Origin: Octopus sinensis
Lineage: Eukaryota
Assembly: GCF_006345805.1 (NCBI RefSeq)
Contig: NC_043004.1
Span: 46,004,001 to 46,068,000, forward strand
DNA length: 64,000 bases
Direction: 5' to 3'
The position numbers were made by a program, and so were the translations under genes. The notes under the pieces are model-generated. The model was not told the origin of the DNA and searched no databases. It saw nothing but the letters and a program-made list of their open reading frames with translations. This document shows positions 1 through 14,496 of the stretch, in pieces (position 1 is the first letter of the stretch; each line of letters opens with the position of its first letter).

Positions 1-254
1 AGTGGTTTATTGGCATTGAAGATTTTAAATGTTTTCCATATCGGAATTCTATAAGCTGAAAAAGGTTATTTGATAGTTTACGGTCAGTGGCTGGGGTTGC
101 CGCGTACACGAATAAAAGGTCGGCTAGAAACTAGCGGATTACTCCTCGTTTGGGCAACTACTACTTCCGAGATTCTGCTAGTTATGAAGCATATGTAGCC
201 TGGATGTTTTTATCTCTCTTATCTGCTCCATTCCTTAAATTTGAGTATATATAT

Positions 255-320
<66 letters not shown>

Positions 321-1041
321 ATGTGTGTGTGCGTGTGTGTGTGTGTATGTGTGTGTGTGTGTGTGGATTTGTTTTTAATCCATCTTTTGGTTACCTAATC
401 AATTATCATTATCTCAACTAAATCTACGCAGTTTTTGAATTAGATCCAACGGAAAAATACTCCAACTGCTGATGACACCAAGTAGCCCAAACTGTGCCTG
501 CTCTCTCCTAAACGCTTTAACACGCTAATCTGCATAGACCCATTAATCCAAAATATTACACACACAAATATATACATATATAAAATGAATGGTAAGTATA
601 CGCACAGGTATGTCCGTGGGTTTGTGCATGTATGTGTAGCGTGTGTTAATCCATAGGAAATGTTTCCTTTGGAAATGATGTGGTATTAGCGAAGAGGAAA
701 TAAAAAATGAAACAAAATATTTCCTAACATGGAAGATTTTCAAGTTTTAAAATGTTTATTTAGAATGGACGGAGGCGGGAGAAGAATACCAACGGCGAGA
801 GAAAAAATTTAAAAATATGGAATAGAAAATAGGAAAAGAAATGGATGAAAAAGAAGTCGAACAGCAAAAAGAAGACGACGAGGAATGGCGGAAAATAGGT
901 AAAAGGTGTGGCACGAGGCCACAGGTACTAAATTCTGAAATTAGGAACTATAGAAATTCCATTAATATTATATGAAAATGTGTATTATAATTGTGTATGG
1001 AAGCTAGACATCGACAGATAAAGAAGAAAAATACAGAGGGA

Positions 1042-1086
<45 letters not shown>

Positions 1087-1169
1087 AGAAGTATGTTGGT
1101 AACGCAAGTAAATAAAGTAAAAAAAACATTTTTGAACAATCTAATAAAATTCCCACGCATAGATTGAAA

Positions 1170-1185
1170 ACTACAGTGGTAGTAA

Positions 1186-1220
<35 letters not shown>

Positions 1221-1232
1221 ACAATAATAATA

Positions 1233-1282
<50 letters not shown>

Positions 1283-1298
1283 GTTGATCATGATCATG

Positions 1299-1335
<37 letters not shown>

Positions 1336-1384
1336 TAATAATATTAATAATAATAATGATAATAATAATAATAATAATAATAAT

Positions 1385-1456
<72 letters not shown>
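1170..1456. repeat. Compound trinucleotide microsatellite (TAG)n(TGA)n(TAA)n at the 5' junction of the Dong-like element
   Basis: Directly visible; it explains the poly-I/M/V ORFs at 1004-1487. Confidence 0.95.
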
Positions 1457-1457
<1 letters not shown>

Positions 1458-2790
1458 GACAAAAGTGATAAACAAAACTATACTTAGAGACTGCAAGAGG
1501 AGGAAGACTAACTATAAGTATTTTGTGATTTTGGAAATCGATAAATTGATGGAGAAAGAAATGACAGGAAAATTTAAGGCTGAGTACATGCGCAGACTGA
1601 GACTTATCCTTAAGTCGAAATTAAACGGGCGGAATAGGACTGAAGCTATCAACACCTGGGCGATTTCACTCCTTAGATTTGGAGCAGTGGTAATCGCATG
1701 GACAGTAGAACCAAACAGCTTAGAGAGAAAGGCTAGGAAATTGCTAACTAGATATGGGACACTCCACCCAAAAAGTGATACAGACAGACTGTATGTACCA
1801 AAAAACAAAGAGAAGAGGACTTATAGGATGCGAGCACAGCATTAGAGTAGAGGAAAAATAGAGCATGGTATGTAAAAATGCCTCAGAAACGCTATTATTA
1901 GACGAAGGTCAGAGCTGTGTAGGATGAAAGATTTCAAATGTAAAACTCTGTAAAAGCAATTGAAAACGAATAAAACTGAAAATAGATGGGTAAAACAAAG
2001 AATGCATGGACAATTCCGTAGATATGTTGAAGATAAGACAGACAGAGAAAAAAGATAGCTGTGGAAGACTAAATGTGATTTAAAACCGGAAACAGAGGCT
2101 CCAATCTGTGCTGCCCAAGAGCAAGCACTAATAACAAACTACATAAAATACAAGAATGGACAACACATCAGAAAGTGATAAGTGCAGAATCTGTGCACAA
2201 AATGGTGAAATTATATGCATATTACCAGCCAATGTACGCCACTAGCACAAAAGGAATATAAGAGTCGCCAGGATAATAGAGCAAGGCTTAACTACTGGAC
2301 ACTTTGTAACAAGTATGGACTTGAGAGAGAAGAAAATTTGTACGACCACAAACCCGAAGGCATCATCGAAAATGATAATGCAAAGATCATGTGAGATTTT
2401 ATGATTCAGTGCGACCATGAAATAGAGAATAGGAAGCCAGACATAATCTTACTTGTGAAAGAAAGCAAACTATGCTAGATCATAGATATAGCATGTCCAG
2501 CTGAAAATTAGGTATGCGATAAGGAAGAAAGAAAATCGATATGACAGGTTAGTTTCAGAGGTTAAGCAGTCGATGAAAAAGTGGTAGTAGTACCAATAAT
2601 TGTCGGAGCCCTGAGAACAGTGAGTAAAAGTCTCGAGAAGTACATGGAAGAAATAGGGTCTGCATGAAGCGTGACGGACTTTCAGAAAACAGCACTGATT
2701 TGAACCGCTTGAATACAACGGAAGGTGCTCGAAAAATAAGATGTGTCACCTTATTTCACTGGTAGTGAACAGCTGACACCGTAGTACATA
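1457..2790 (+). mobile_element. 5'-truncated, decayed R4/Dong-clade non-LTR retrotransposon (end of RT, CCHC finger, restriction-like endonuclease)
   Basis: ORF 1465-1845 reads YKYFVILE..EYMRRLRLILKSKLNGRNRTEAINTWA..LHPKSDTDRLYVP. Downstream broken frames give LKPETEA..CAAQEQAL, KCRICAQNGE..HI, YDHKPEGIIENDNAKI.*DFMIQCDHEIENRKPDII..IIDIACP (PD..D nuclease). It abuts a (TAA)n tract, the known target of Dong-type elements. Confidence 0.9.
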
Positions 2791-2799
2791 AATGAAACG

Positions 2800-3870
2800 A
2801 AACACGGAACCCCATTGAGCCCAGGTCATTCTAACCACCGCAGTCCCAAGCCCTCACCTCACTGTGGTTCTTTAAACTACAGCGCATGATTAATATAGGT
2901 CCACATGCCCTAACACTTTGCACCATAATCGTTGGCCATTGTACCAATTCGATTGAGCTCCAAGCTCTTGTTCCTTTACAAATAGAATTCAAAATGATAG
3001 TTGAGTGCATGACCAAAGAAATATCTTTCCTCGATCCTTTCAACCTCGATCACCATACAGCATCTTTCTCTATAGGCGCTGCATAAAGGAACACGGCCTC
3101 ACTTTAATGGTTAGTGATGGCACGATCCTTAAGATGGTCTCAGCCGATTGCCAGATTCGTGCTACACATGACCACAGCTGTTCGTTATACCCCACAACTC
3201 AGCAATGTTCGGACACCGTACAAGTGTGTGCACTGCAGTTTCCTCACTCTATGCAAATCTCGGGTAGTCGTGCCTGGAGGCACTTCCGGATCTATGCAGC
3301 TTCTGACATCGCTTCTCGGTCGTACGTTCAGGCCAGTGATTTCTGAACTGTCCATAGTTGTTCTGGCTTTGAATCCTGCGACAGAGACCAGCGATTTTGT
3401 CTTCGATGAAACCTAGATTTGCCCCGAGAATGTTGTGGATCTTTATCGCCGCCAATAGATCTATATATAAATTGCAGATGTAAAACTTCCATAGACCATA
3501 TTGCACAGCTGATAGAGAGCGGTGGACACTTGATAATATTGAAGGTGCCCAATCTTGATATTCACGCGACCCAGACCTGCAGCTCCGTCAAAGAAGTGAG
3601 CTGCTGAAAAGCATATCTTCCAGAAAGTGACACCACTTCACTATCCAGGAAAATCTCTAGGTTTACGTAAATTCAGCCCGTATCTGTGCATCAGAACAAA
3701 GGCATGCCAAGCTCGCATTTCAGAGGATTCTGGCTACAGATTCACCATCTTACTCGCAATATACATTATCTCCACATGAACGTAAAGGTGTCAGTATTGT
3801 TACAAGGCACGTCAGTCAAGTGGGAAGAGATTACGGAGGCGATGTAGGCATTTACCACGTCTGACTGTGG
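2800..3870 (-). mobile_element. Decayed L1/Tx1-clade LINE ORF2 C-terminal part (post-RT region and zinc-finger remnant)
   Basis: Minus-strand mixed-frame translation: VVNAYIASVI..LTDVPC, PLKCELGMP, QKSLA*, KLHRSGS..PRF..SEETAVHTLVRCPNIAELW, RLKGSRKD. Many stops and frameshifts. Confidence 0.75.
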
Positions 3871-4239
3871 ACCGAAAATCCTCCCTATATAACATTGTTA
3901 TATCAACGCTACCTTTATGCTTTTGTCTCGTGCTAACTGTAGCTGTACTAAATGTACTATTACTACCACTATCTCAATTATTTTCTTGTGGAATAGTTGA
4001 TCCGAAAAGACATATAGGAGCAGCCATCATATATCATTTGATAGGATCGACTTACAAGTGTTCAGATTTTATCATTATATAATAGTGATAGACAGCAAGA
4101 GAATGTCCTGGAGACAGGATAGAGTTCAAGAATCTCCTCAAGGCTCCTGGTTCTGTCTTATGTCTTACAATAGTGCATACTATCTACAATAGCGCTTTAC
4201 TTACAACTCTGTATCTGAGCGGGACTGACAATAAAGCTC

Positions 4240-4450
4240 CGAGCCAGACGAAACGTTAGAATGCCGAACAAAGACATTAGGAGCTTATCTTCCGCCTTTC
4301 CGTTCTGAGATTAAACGTCTTTGTGTTCTAGTTTTCCATTCATCCTTTCAGAGACGATTAAATAAGTTCTACTTGAAGACAAATGCCGATGTAATTGACT
4401 AGTTTCCTTCCAAAACTTTCAGTTCTTCGGCATTTAGTAGAAAGGATTAG
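4240..4450 (+). mobile_element. Old, degenerate SINE of the same family as 15826-16043
   Basis: Diverged match to cgttctgagttcaaat..ttcatcctttc..aaataagt..gatgtaatcgact seen in better copies in this window. Confidence 0.6.
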
Positions 4451-4957
4451 TAGAAATGATGAGAAGAGAAGAAATTTTAGTTAAGTATTGTAAATTGTGA
4501 GACATGGCAGCAGCTTGTCTCAAACCTCGGCACATTGCAGTTACCACATCTCACTCTAGGTGTAACAAATGGAACAAGCGGAGAAATCTGTTAAAGTGTT
4601 TTACGTATGATTCCCAAACGAGTGACGATATTCAACTTCTAATACAATTACGTATACATATAACAGAATATCATTGCTTTGAAAAATCCGTAAATCAATA
4701 TACGTGCATGGAGAAACAAATGCATTCATAAGCATATTTTTGCACACTCAATATATGTATATGTCACTGCAAAAACCTGACCATTGCGTAACGCATGAAA
4801 GTACTAGTTCATTTGAATACTGCAAAATTGTATAACTTGCAAATAAGAAAACATGAAAATCCGACTTATTTGGAATTTCATTGATTAATATATTCTTCTA
4901 CACACAATCATACAAACTTGTATCTCTCTTTCTTTCTCTCTCAATATGTATATATAT

Positions 4958-5045
<88 letters not shown>

Positions 5046-6806
5046 TGTATGTATGTATGAATGTATGTATGTATATATATATATGTAAATGTGCGCATGC
5101 ATTTATATATATATATATATATTTATAGATTTATATAGGCAAAATAGATTTATATATTTAACCATTTCAATTCCGCAGGCTTATGGCATCTGAGAGTTGA
5201 ATATTTGGTGTAAGCTTAATGGTATGGTGATCATGTGAGCTAGCTTTCTTTATTTACATTGATTTGTGAGCATATAATTTTATTGTATAATGCGCAATAA
5301 TGTTATTCCATATTGAAATTATCACTACATGAAAATTTTACGAAACGGTTGTAATCATAATGATATCAATTGGTTGAATATATATAAATTTATCTACATT
5401 TTATATATTACTCACAAAGCAATATCATTGATTGAATCTTCTGGATTTCGGCCTCATGGGCGCTCTGCATTACACATTTCGTGCACTGTGCCGTAGTTTT
5501 TGAGATGATCAAAAAGGCGTATTTTATTCAATGAGAGATAAACATGATTTAATATAGACAGGATCTAAATACAGGCTACAATTAATTTTATGCTTCTGAT
5601 AATATAATAGTTGGACGAACATGCATTCATGAACACCATATTCCTTCACCCAGACACATGTACGAATTGAGTTTAAATGAAAAATATACTCGATGCCATT
5701 AAGGAGAGTGGTAAACTCGCAGTTTCTTCTTTCCATGTTCAGGCGACTATACTTGGATTCTGCTTTAAACACTCATCAAATGATTAGCTAAAGCCTAGAG
5801 ATATATTGGGGAAAAATGTTCGAATAGCATCTCACCAAGACTTATCATTTCATATTTTTGGGGATAGAAAATAATTAAAAAAAACTGAGAGAGGGCTGGA
5901 TATAAAGTGAATGTAGTTTCGTTTCATTCTGTTCACCGATGAAACAAATGTTGAATGTAGTTTTTTAATTCAATCTCGATTATACTGAGAGGAATACAAA
6001 AAGTACAATTATTGATTCTATAGCCATTTAGAAAATGGTTAACGACTCATTAAAATCGTCTGAATAATTCTTTACCTTTCTCTTTTTTTATTTATGTGTT
6101 TGCGACTGTGTGCTTGTACGCGTGTTTTCGTTTATCACTTCTGTTTAGATAATAAATCTTGGAAACAAATCCATGATCTTGTCTACTGTAATCAGCAACC
6201 GACGTCAAGAGTATTAATCTAAGAACAAGAAAAACAAAATTGATATAGTGATATGGAATAAATCAACTGCAGACTTACATCTATTTATGTATTCATTTGT
6301 TTATTATTTATCTCAATTATTCACCAATTCGCAAATCATATATAACTAACAATGGAACGTAATTAGAAATGATGTAGCTATTAAAACATTGACTGTGCTG
6401 CAAATGTTTCGCATATTTTCCTATTGTAATACAAGTACCGACACGCAGACTGAGCAGCGATCACGTTACTAATATAGAGTGTAACTGGGTCCAGCACATC
6501 TGAGTATAAATATGTGAACTGAGTATATAACAGAAAACCATTTGCCGCCCTTGGTGAACTGCGGCTTAGCATTAACTGAGCTTTCTGTTTACTTTCAGAG
6601 TCGAGCTGAGACACTGATACTTACCTACCTACCTATCTACCTACTTACTTACCTGCCTACCGACCTACCAACATGTCTACGTACATACACTCAGACATAT
6701 ATGCATACACACATATATATATATATACATACATATACACACATATATATATATATATACGCACATTTATACACACACACACACACACACACGTATATAT
6801 ATATAT

Positions 6807-6843
<37 letters not shown>

Positions 6844-6844
6844 C

Positions 6845-8240
6845 AAAATTTAGATTCAGATGAATATGGTACTTAAGTCAAAGGCACCAGAATTTTGTAT
6901 GGTAGTATCCATATAAATGAAATGCGGTGATTATAATCAAAATAAGCAACAAGTATATCCGAGGTAGAGTAGTACAATTGTTTCATGCTACTTCATTTCA
7001 TTAAACACTGTAAGTATTACATCAGTTTTAAAATGTCGAGCAATCTTCAGCTACTTAGAGAATTTTCCAATCAAACGGACAATGCACATTCTTATCTCTA
7101 TTTCATTTGCCAACATTACAAAGAGGGTAGATATATAGACAGAGAGGTTGATTTCATTCTTAAGAACATGATAGTAGTAAATTCACTCTCTGACTGTAGA
7201 TTTTATCATTGAGTTTACTTTGTTATTTAGATCTGTCAGTGGGGAAGGGGATTTATTTTGGGTTGGATGGAGACAAAGAACTTTTTCTATTTATAGAAAA
7301 AAACCTCTCTCTCATAACTAAGGAAGAAATTGATATTATTTTATTAGCTAGAGAAACTATCATTGAATTTGAGAGGAAATTGTGGACTAGGGCTGATAGC
7401 CCAAATAATTTCGATATACCCATGGGCTTTAGTGATTCGGCGGAGATAACTAATTTAGTAGGAACTTATATATTAAAATGCATAAGTAGAGACATCCCCG
7501 AATTACAAGGTGGTTTATATAGGGATGATACTTTATTTATCGTCCCTAGTAATAATAAATCGATAATTGAGAGAATAAGGAAGAAAATTAGTAAAATTTA
7601 CAAGTATTTCAATTCAGGCATCACTTATGAATATAACACCAAGATAGTTAACTTTCTAGATGTTACCTTAAACTTAAATTCAAATTTATATTACTCATAT
7701 AGAAAAGATGGTGAAATTATTAGATACATAAACAAATTATCGAATCACCCCACCCTAATATACTGAAATCAATAGTGAAAAGTATTCCAAGGAGGATTTC
7801 AAAATTATCATCTAACAATGACATTTTTAATTCTCACTCACATCATTATAATGTTGCCTTACCTGGAGCTGGATACGACCAATAAATCAACTTCTTATAT
7901 CTTGATGATATAAATCTTTCAAATTAAAAGATGAATGAAAATAGCTCAAATAATATAGAATCTTCTATTTAAAAAAAAACCTAAATCAATTGAAACGAGT
8001 AACCTAGTTTATAAACCTGACACAATAAATGGAAATAGAAAACAGATCACAAATAAGTATAAAAAGGTTAAGCTAGATAATATAAAAATCTCTCCCACAG
8101 AGAAAAACCTAATAAACATAAATATAAAACTAAAGAGAATAACGAATCTCTAAAGGATATAGATAGCATTAATATCTCTCACCCTTACTCAAATAGAAAA
8201 ATTCAAAAGAAAATATGTATGGCTAAATATCCCCTTCAAC
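6845..8240 (+). mobile_element. Penelope-like element fragment: RT core (7209-7900) preceded by an oppositely oriented pLTR-like segment; 3' part cut by a mariner
   Basis: ORF 7209-7766 has FDIPMGFSDSAEITNLVGTYIL, GGLYRDD, VNFLDVTLNL, YINKLSNHP (PLE RT motifs); the thumb continues after a frameshift (SIPRRISKLSSN). Confidence 0.85.
6968..7055 (-). ncRNA. Type I hammerhead ribozyme motif with intact core
   Basis: Minus strand: AGUAG-CUGAAGA-uUGCU..(long loop)..AGCAu-GAAAC-AAUU-GUA-CUACU. Stem I is 5 bp, stem III is the palindrome ACAAUUGU, predicted cleavage after GUA. Confidence 0.75.
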
Positions 8241-9045
8241 GGTTGAATGACATATTGGTATGCCAAGTTCAAAAATGGAAATTTTGACCTCAAAGACGCA
8301 CCTCATTCTGGTCACCCAGTTGAGTTCGATAAAGGGCGATTAACCCAACTCTTACACGAAAATTCTCGTCAAACGACAAGGGAACTAGCAGAGAAAATCG
8401 AATGCTCCAACATCGCTATAGAGAAGCATTTTCACTGGATGGGAAAGATTCAGATGTATGGAGCATGGTTTCCGCATGCTTTAAGTGACAACAACAAATA
8501 TCAACGAACCACAATCTCCGCTGGTTTGCTTGCTCGTCTGGGAAGGGATTATCCATTACGAATTGCTTGAACGGAACCAAATGGTCCATGCGGAACTCTA
8601 TGTTCAACAGACGGAACGATATAACACGGCTATTCAAGAGAAAAGACCTTTTCGTCAGCATAGAGTTCTTCTACTACACGACAACGCCTACCTTCATATC
8701 GGCAATATGACCAAGGAAGATATTCAAATGCATGGCTGGGAAGTGCTGCCACACCTACCATACTCTTCTGATTTGGCACCAACGGCTTTCCACCCCTTTC
8801 GATCTCTTTCGAATGCTATGCGCGGAGTTTCGTTCAATTCTGATGCAGAATTGAGATCTTGGTTGGATACATTTTTCGAGTCGAAATCGGGTAATTTCTA
8901 CCAACGCAGTATTGAAAATCTTGTTGAACGTTGGGAAGAAGTTGTAAGCAACAAGGGTGGATACATGATTGATTAATTAGTTGTTATTTTTTTTATTAAA
9001 CCTTTCAAAAAATTTAAATTGAAAAAAAAAACGGTGGGAACTTAG
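8240..9045 (+). mobile_element. Mariner transposase remnant, 5'-truncated and internally deleted
   Basis: ORFs 8247-8570 (WYAKFKNGNFDLKDAPHSGHP, TTRELAE, GAWFPHAL = WVPHEL motif) and 8485-8976 (LLHDNA, WEVLPHLPYSSDLAPTAFHPFRSL = YSPDLAP motif). The region around the first catalytic Asp is missing. Confidence 0.93.
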
Positions 9046-9152
9046 ATATATATCAATATCTATCTATATGTATATGTGTGTGCGTATGCCGGTGTAAACA
9101 TATACAAAAGGCAAAAATGAAACATTTTCAGAAGATTTAGATTCAAATATAG

Positions 9153-9188
<36 letters not shown>

Positions 9189-9955
9189 GAACGAGGTATA
9201 TGTATATAATAATAGAGCAAAACTTACTCAGATTGCATAGATTCAAAGAATTAGAAGGACAGCTGCTTCTGGGACTCGGAGTTACTTCATAATGTTAGAA
9301 GATATATCTCACCAAATCTTTGCAACTAGTAATGCCAAGATAACATTTGAAAAATACAAACCCTCTCCTTCAAAGGTCTACCTAACGTATCAGATTATAA
9401 TGCAGGGAAATTTAAAGGCAGAATTGGTGTAATGGAAGGCAAGCGATATATGTTGTACATATAAGTGATGACTTTGTATGCATTTAGCAGAGTTGAAAAA
9501 TTGATGTAACCATGATTTTCCATTGATTTGAAGAATTAGCCTTCGGTATCAGCATATAATTGTACATATACGATATTATTGCGTAATGTGTAACATACAT
9601 ATTGGTGAAGATGGTTAAAACAATTTAATTTATTATACACTAAAATGTTTATTACATAGTGAATGCTGCGAAACGGCCGTCGTCTTATGGTTATCAACAG
9701 GTGAAATAAATATATTAATCCCTCATACCACCTGACATTTTATGATCTATATACACCCCATGAATCAATTTCAACGATTGGATTTTCTACATTTTGCAGC
9801 ATAGGATTCTACATCACACTAATTATACTGTAGGCGGGTCCATTAAAGGAGCTTATTTGTGAGTTATACAGGTTTCTATGAACTCATAATTTGCACTACA
9901 ATTACAGGCATAGGCGTTTGTATGTGTATGTATATATGTATGAATGTATATATAC

Positions 9956-10087
<132 letters not shown>

Positions 10088-11370
10088 ATATATATATATA
10101 AGCATAGGATATATATGCATTACACACATATATATTATATAATCATATATACATACACACATATTCATGCACGCACACACATTCCTACTGCGAAATATAA
10201 GGGGAGTCTCGATCTTCATCGTGTCAGATATATCTGCATGTTGCTTTCAGCAGAGTCGTGTCATGTTCTTTCTTCCAGAATCATAGAAATAAATATCTTT
10301 ACAGATGGTGATCGTGACAGTCAAGTATGTAAATGATATTCCTAGCCGAATAGATTCTCGCTTAAAGGAGATAATGAGCAATAGTTCAATGTATGTGTGA
10401 GTGTGTTTTTGTAGTCCTACATGTATGTAATGGTTCAATAACGCGGCTTTTGCATGTATGTGCATAGGCAGCTAAGGGTGTAGATAACACCAAAACAGTT
10501 CGAATAGCTGTCACTTGCAACTGGATTTCAAAAATAGCAAACGCATGATCTTTCTTTAAATACGAGAGGCACAGATTATCGTGCAATTATTTGCCTTCAT
10601 GCTTCTCACATATTCCTCTGCTGATCCTCAAAGGTATTACTTCGAGTAAGAGAGAGGTGTACCCACGTATTTTACTGATACCAGAAGATCTTGGAAGAAT
10701 GAAAAGTAAAGGTGACTTCGGCCTTATCATTTGGGCTCTTTCCTTAAAACCCTAGAGAAATACTACAATTTACTGCGAAAACTTAACGATTTACTACCAT
10801 ATACGTGTTCTTGTGTGGTGTATGTGTATGTCTGTGTAATCTCCCTCACCACATTCTCTCTTTCTAGGCCCAGTGTACTATCTTTTATGTAATGAGTTTT
10901 TGGCCCTTTGGACATAATACATCACAACACACACATATACATGCATACATAGCTAGCCTAATGATTGCTGTTCTTCTATCATAGGTCTTGTGTGTTGCGT
11001 GAGTGTGCCTCTAGTGTTTACATCTTATTTAGCATAACCGTACTGATTTTGAAAATTCCAAATGACGTTTCAGTGCTGTCGTCAATAGCAGCTTGTCTCC
11101 CTGCAAAGGATTAGCTAATTTTTTATTCACTCTAGTGCGAAAAGGGACAAGTTTTTCTACTACTTCCCTCACCTAATTCTCCGTCTTCAAATTCTCGCCG
11201 TTTTAACGCCATTTTCCCAATACAGCACATATGACGAATGTTTATTCGATTATGACTGTTAGAAGACATGAAAACGCTGAGGTGTTCATGGAAACTACCA
11301 TTGTATTTTAATGCTCGCACTCAACCTCTATCGAACACTATATTTTCACCTTTGGTTTTATATGCTATGG

Positions 11371-11450
11371 CAGTGGTTCCCAAACTGTGGGTCGCGAACG
11401 GAATCTTAGTGGGTCGCGAACGGAATCTTAGTGGGTCGCAAAAAGTTATA
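11371..11450 (+). mobile_element. hAT (Charlie-like) terminal inverted repeat end with a short internal tandem duplication
   Basis: CAGTGGTTCCCAAACTGTGGGTCGCG is a typical hAT terminus; gtgggtcgcgaacggaatctta occurs twice in tandem. No partner TIR found. Confidence 0.55.
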
Positions 11451-12236
11451 AAATTACGCATTAGCTTTGATTAACTGCTGTCTATCGAGATAGTTCAGGA
11501 CTTGTGTTTTCAATACCAGACTTGTTGTTTTATCAAGCAGTAGGCGTTTTCATGAACTTAACAAATCAGAGGTTGTCATTTTCTCAAGTTATTTATTCGT
11601 ACGTAATCGTAAAAAGGAAAGGTCTGTTTTTACCTATTTATAGAGAACTTTAACTAGGCGAAGTATAACACTGATCGAGCCGATAACAGTTACAACTTCA
11701 AGGTTTTGTATTAGTGTTAGTATTTACACATAGGGTATAGAAACGTTGAAACAGTTATAAAACGTTTTGTTTCACATTTAATATAAATAGAAAAATTTTT
11801 AATAAATAAGACATTATGGATTTCACTAGTAAGTTTATAAATTATTTAAAAAGTATAGCAGCCAAGGGATAAACAGATTTGACCAGTGTCCGCTTATACC
11901 TCTTTCTGGAGAGTTTATTTACCTGAACTGATTGAGAAACCTCTGTATTACTCTTTCCATTTCGAAAGTCTGCTCGCCAGCAAGCATTTGCACAGTTCGC
12001 GACTAATATAGAGTTTAGAACTTTTGTTTATAATTCTTGATTTAATGCTTAACTGTGAATATGTTTTTTCTTGTAAATTCCAGATGTACCAGTCTAAAGA
12101 TATGTCTTATTTTGTGTGTCTGTATATGTTCAAATGAAATGGTATCGCCGTAAAATCTAAAATTTTCATTCTATTAAGTGGGCTTACACTTATACTTCTT
12201 CATGAGCAGATTACTTCGATTTTTCTTCTGGCTGTA

Positions 12237-12319
<83 letters not shown>

Positions 12320-12939
12320 GTTATGAGAGGTAATGGTGTCAATAATACCCTAATGTGTTAGGTAATGTTGAATAAGTGCTATGGACAGACTATAGTTAAG
12401 CTCCAAGTTCGGTGATTATGTGAATAATGAGTCCAATGTAGGTCATATATCAGCATGTGTTTATATAAGAAACGAACTCTGTGCTGGGCCAATCACCATA
12501 ATGATAACCATAACAACCTATTCCACATCCAAATCCAAATGCCTAAATGACCATAGAGTATATTTCCCTAATACTCCTTAGGTAAACACAATAACATCAT
12601 AAACTCCTAATCCCTATCTAATTCCTCTTTCATACTCGAATAACACAACCATTTAATTATATTCGTGTGTATATGTGTGTATACATATATGCGTGTGTGT
12701 GTGCGTGTGTGTATGTGTCCGCGTGTGTTTGTGCATGTATGTATGCAAGGTATATATACCTGCGTGTGCAGGATCGATAATACATAGATACACGTATGTA
12801 TGGGTGTACATATGTACATATACATATGAGTACGTGTTGTATGTGTAGGTGTTGATATGTATAAATATCTATATACATGTTTAATATATGCATATATATA
12901 CATATTCACATATATATTTTTCTTCTACTACTAAGCACT

Positions 12940-13726
12940 GACCTGTCTAAGAAACCTAACCTATATTCCCAAATTCTTTATTCCACCAATTTACTACCCC
13001 TACCACTCTTTCTGACCCTCTCTTAGGATCTATCACTACATACCTGGCACACCTTTACTCTTTATACTATTATACTTTTCTCTCTATCACCCATCCATCA
13101 TTACTTCTATCTGGCACTCCTTTACTCTTTACCCTATCATCTTCCTACACTCTTTAATCGTTATCTCTCTACCTCCCTCACCTCCTCATTCCTACTATCA
13201 ATTTATCTTGACTGACCACTAACCAGTACACTTTCCCTCACTTCATCTCTCTAATATCTCACTCCACGCTCTTCTCTTTTTCTTTTCTTTTTTCTTTTTT
13301 CTGTTTTGTTTTCTTTATTCCTTTCTTCCTGTTTTCGATTTGACCATACAAATACATTCCCAACCTTTTAGGTCACTTTAAATAAAACCCTCGATTCAAT
13401 AACATTGTGTACAAACTCTATCCTTGCAATGACCAATTTGAAATATTATAGGAACTTACTCACAAGGTACTGGAATCTTATATGTATACCAGTTTGCCTA
13501 AATAATGGATCTACAGATGCAATATCCCTGCATATCTCACGTCTATTTTTATTCCTCCACTTCACTCTCTATTTCATATCTCATCAAAAATAACTATTGC
13601 TTAACCAATTTCTCACACCGTCTCCGATGAAGGGATATATAAAATATCCCGGAAACAGCTGTAAGGCATATTTATAACTGTTCTAAAATCTTTCACACGC
13701 TTGGATTTTTATCTCATTCTGAAAAT

Positions 13727-13730
<4 letters not shown>
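12940..13730 (+). mobile_element. Probable PLE 3' end / pseudo-LTR (pyrimidine-rich tract ending in a hammerhead motif)
   Basis: CT-rich low-complexity tract, then the hammerhead motif at 13620-13667, then (TA)n. No ORF recognised. Confidence 0.5.
13620..13667 (+). ncRNA. Minimal hammerhead ribozyme motif with one core substitution
   Basis: GUCU-CCGAUGA-a-GGGAUAU-auaaa-AUAUCCC-g-GAAAC-AGCU-GUA-AGGC: 7-bp stem II, palindromic stem III ACAGCUGU, core CUGAUGA changed to CCGAUGA. Confidence 0.65.
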
Positions 13731-13756
<26 letters not shown>

Positions 13757-13758
<2 letters not shown>

Positions 13759-14450
13759 AGAGTAAAACAAATAAAATAAACTATACCAGTGGTTCGCATA
13801 TCTTTTATATAAGTGTATATAGATACACGTATCGAAGGCCATTGGCCGAACTTCTTAAAAGCTAAAAAGGGCAGTTAAACTCAAACACGGAGAGTATAGG
13901 ATTAGCTAATTTTTTATTCATCTAATATGTCCTCTGTGTATAAATCGTTATACTCACTTACGTAAAATATTTTGTCTTAAAACTTTCATTAAGTATGCGA
14001 ACCACTGGTAAAAATTATTTCAATTTTTTACCCTTATACTTATACAGTAAAATGTTACAATGCTTAAGCCATGTAGTACACAGTTTAAATTCATTTACTG
14101 CTGTGCTATTTTGAATACGCTCGCGCACTAAGTTTGAATCCATAATGTGCAAAGATAGAACTGCCTTGCGCGTGTGTTTAGCTCGTGTTTTCGGTACGTA
14201 CGACAGCTACATAATTATGCATTCCTTAGTGATCCTAGTGACGAGATACGGATACCACATTAATTTATTTGGTCGTTAATAACAATACTCGTGTATAATA
14301 TTACCTAATCTTTTATTCACTCTAGTGCCTACTAGCAGCGTGCCTTAAGACTTCTTTTTTACATGGTTTGGGTTTAACTGCCCCTTTTAGCATGTAAGAA
14401 GTCTTGTTGTCAAGTGCCTTCTCTCCGTGTATGATCTTTATGCACTCTTG

Positions 14451-14455
<5 letters not shown>
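13757..14455. repeat. Overlapping inverted repeats (MITE/foldback-like)
   Basis: taccagtggttcgcata (~13784) vs tatgcgaaccactggta (~13994); gctaaaaagggcagttaaactcaaac (~13861) vs gtttgggtttaactgccccttttagc (~14366). Confidence 0.6.

Positions 14456-14492
<37 letters not shown>

Positions 14493-14496
<4 letters not shown>

Noticed and set aside
8247-8976. SETMAR-like domesticated transposase gene
   Set aside because: Truncated, internally deleted and frame-broken, with no SET domain; an ordinary dead mariner.
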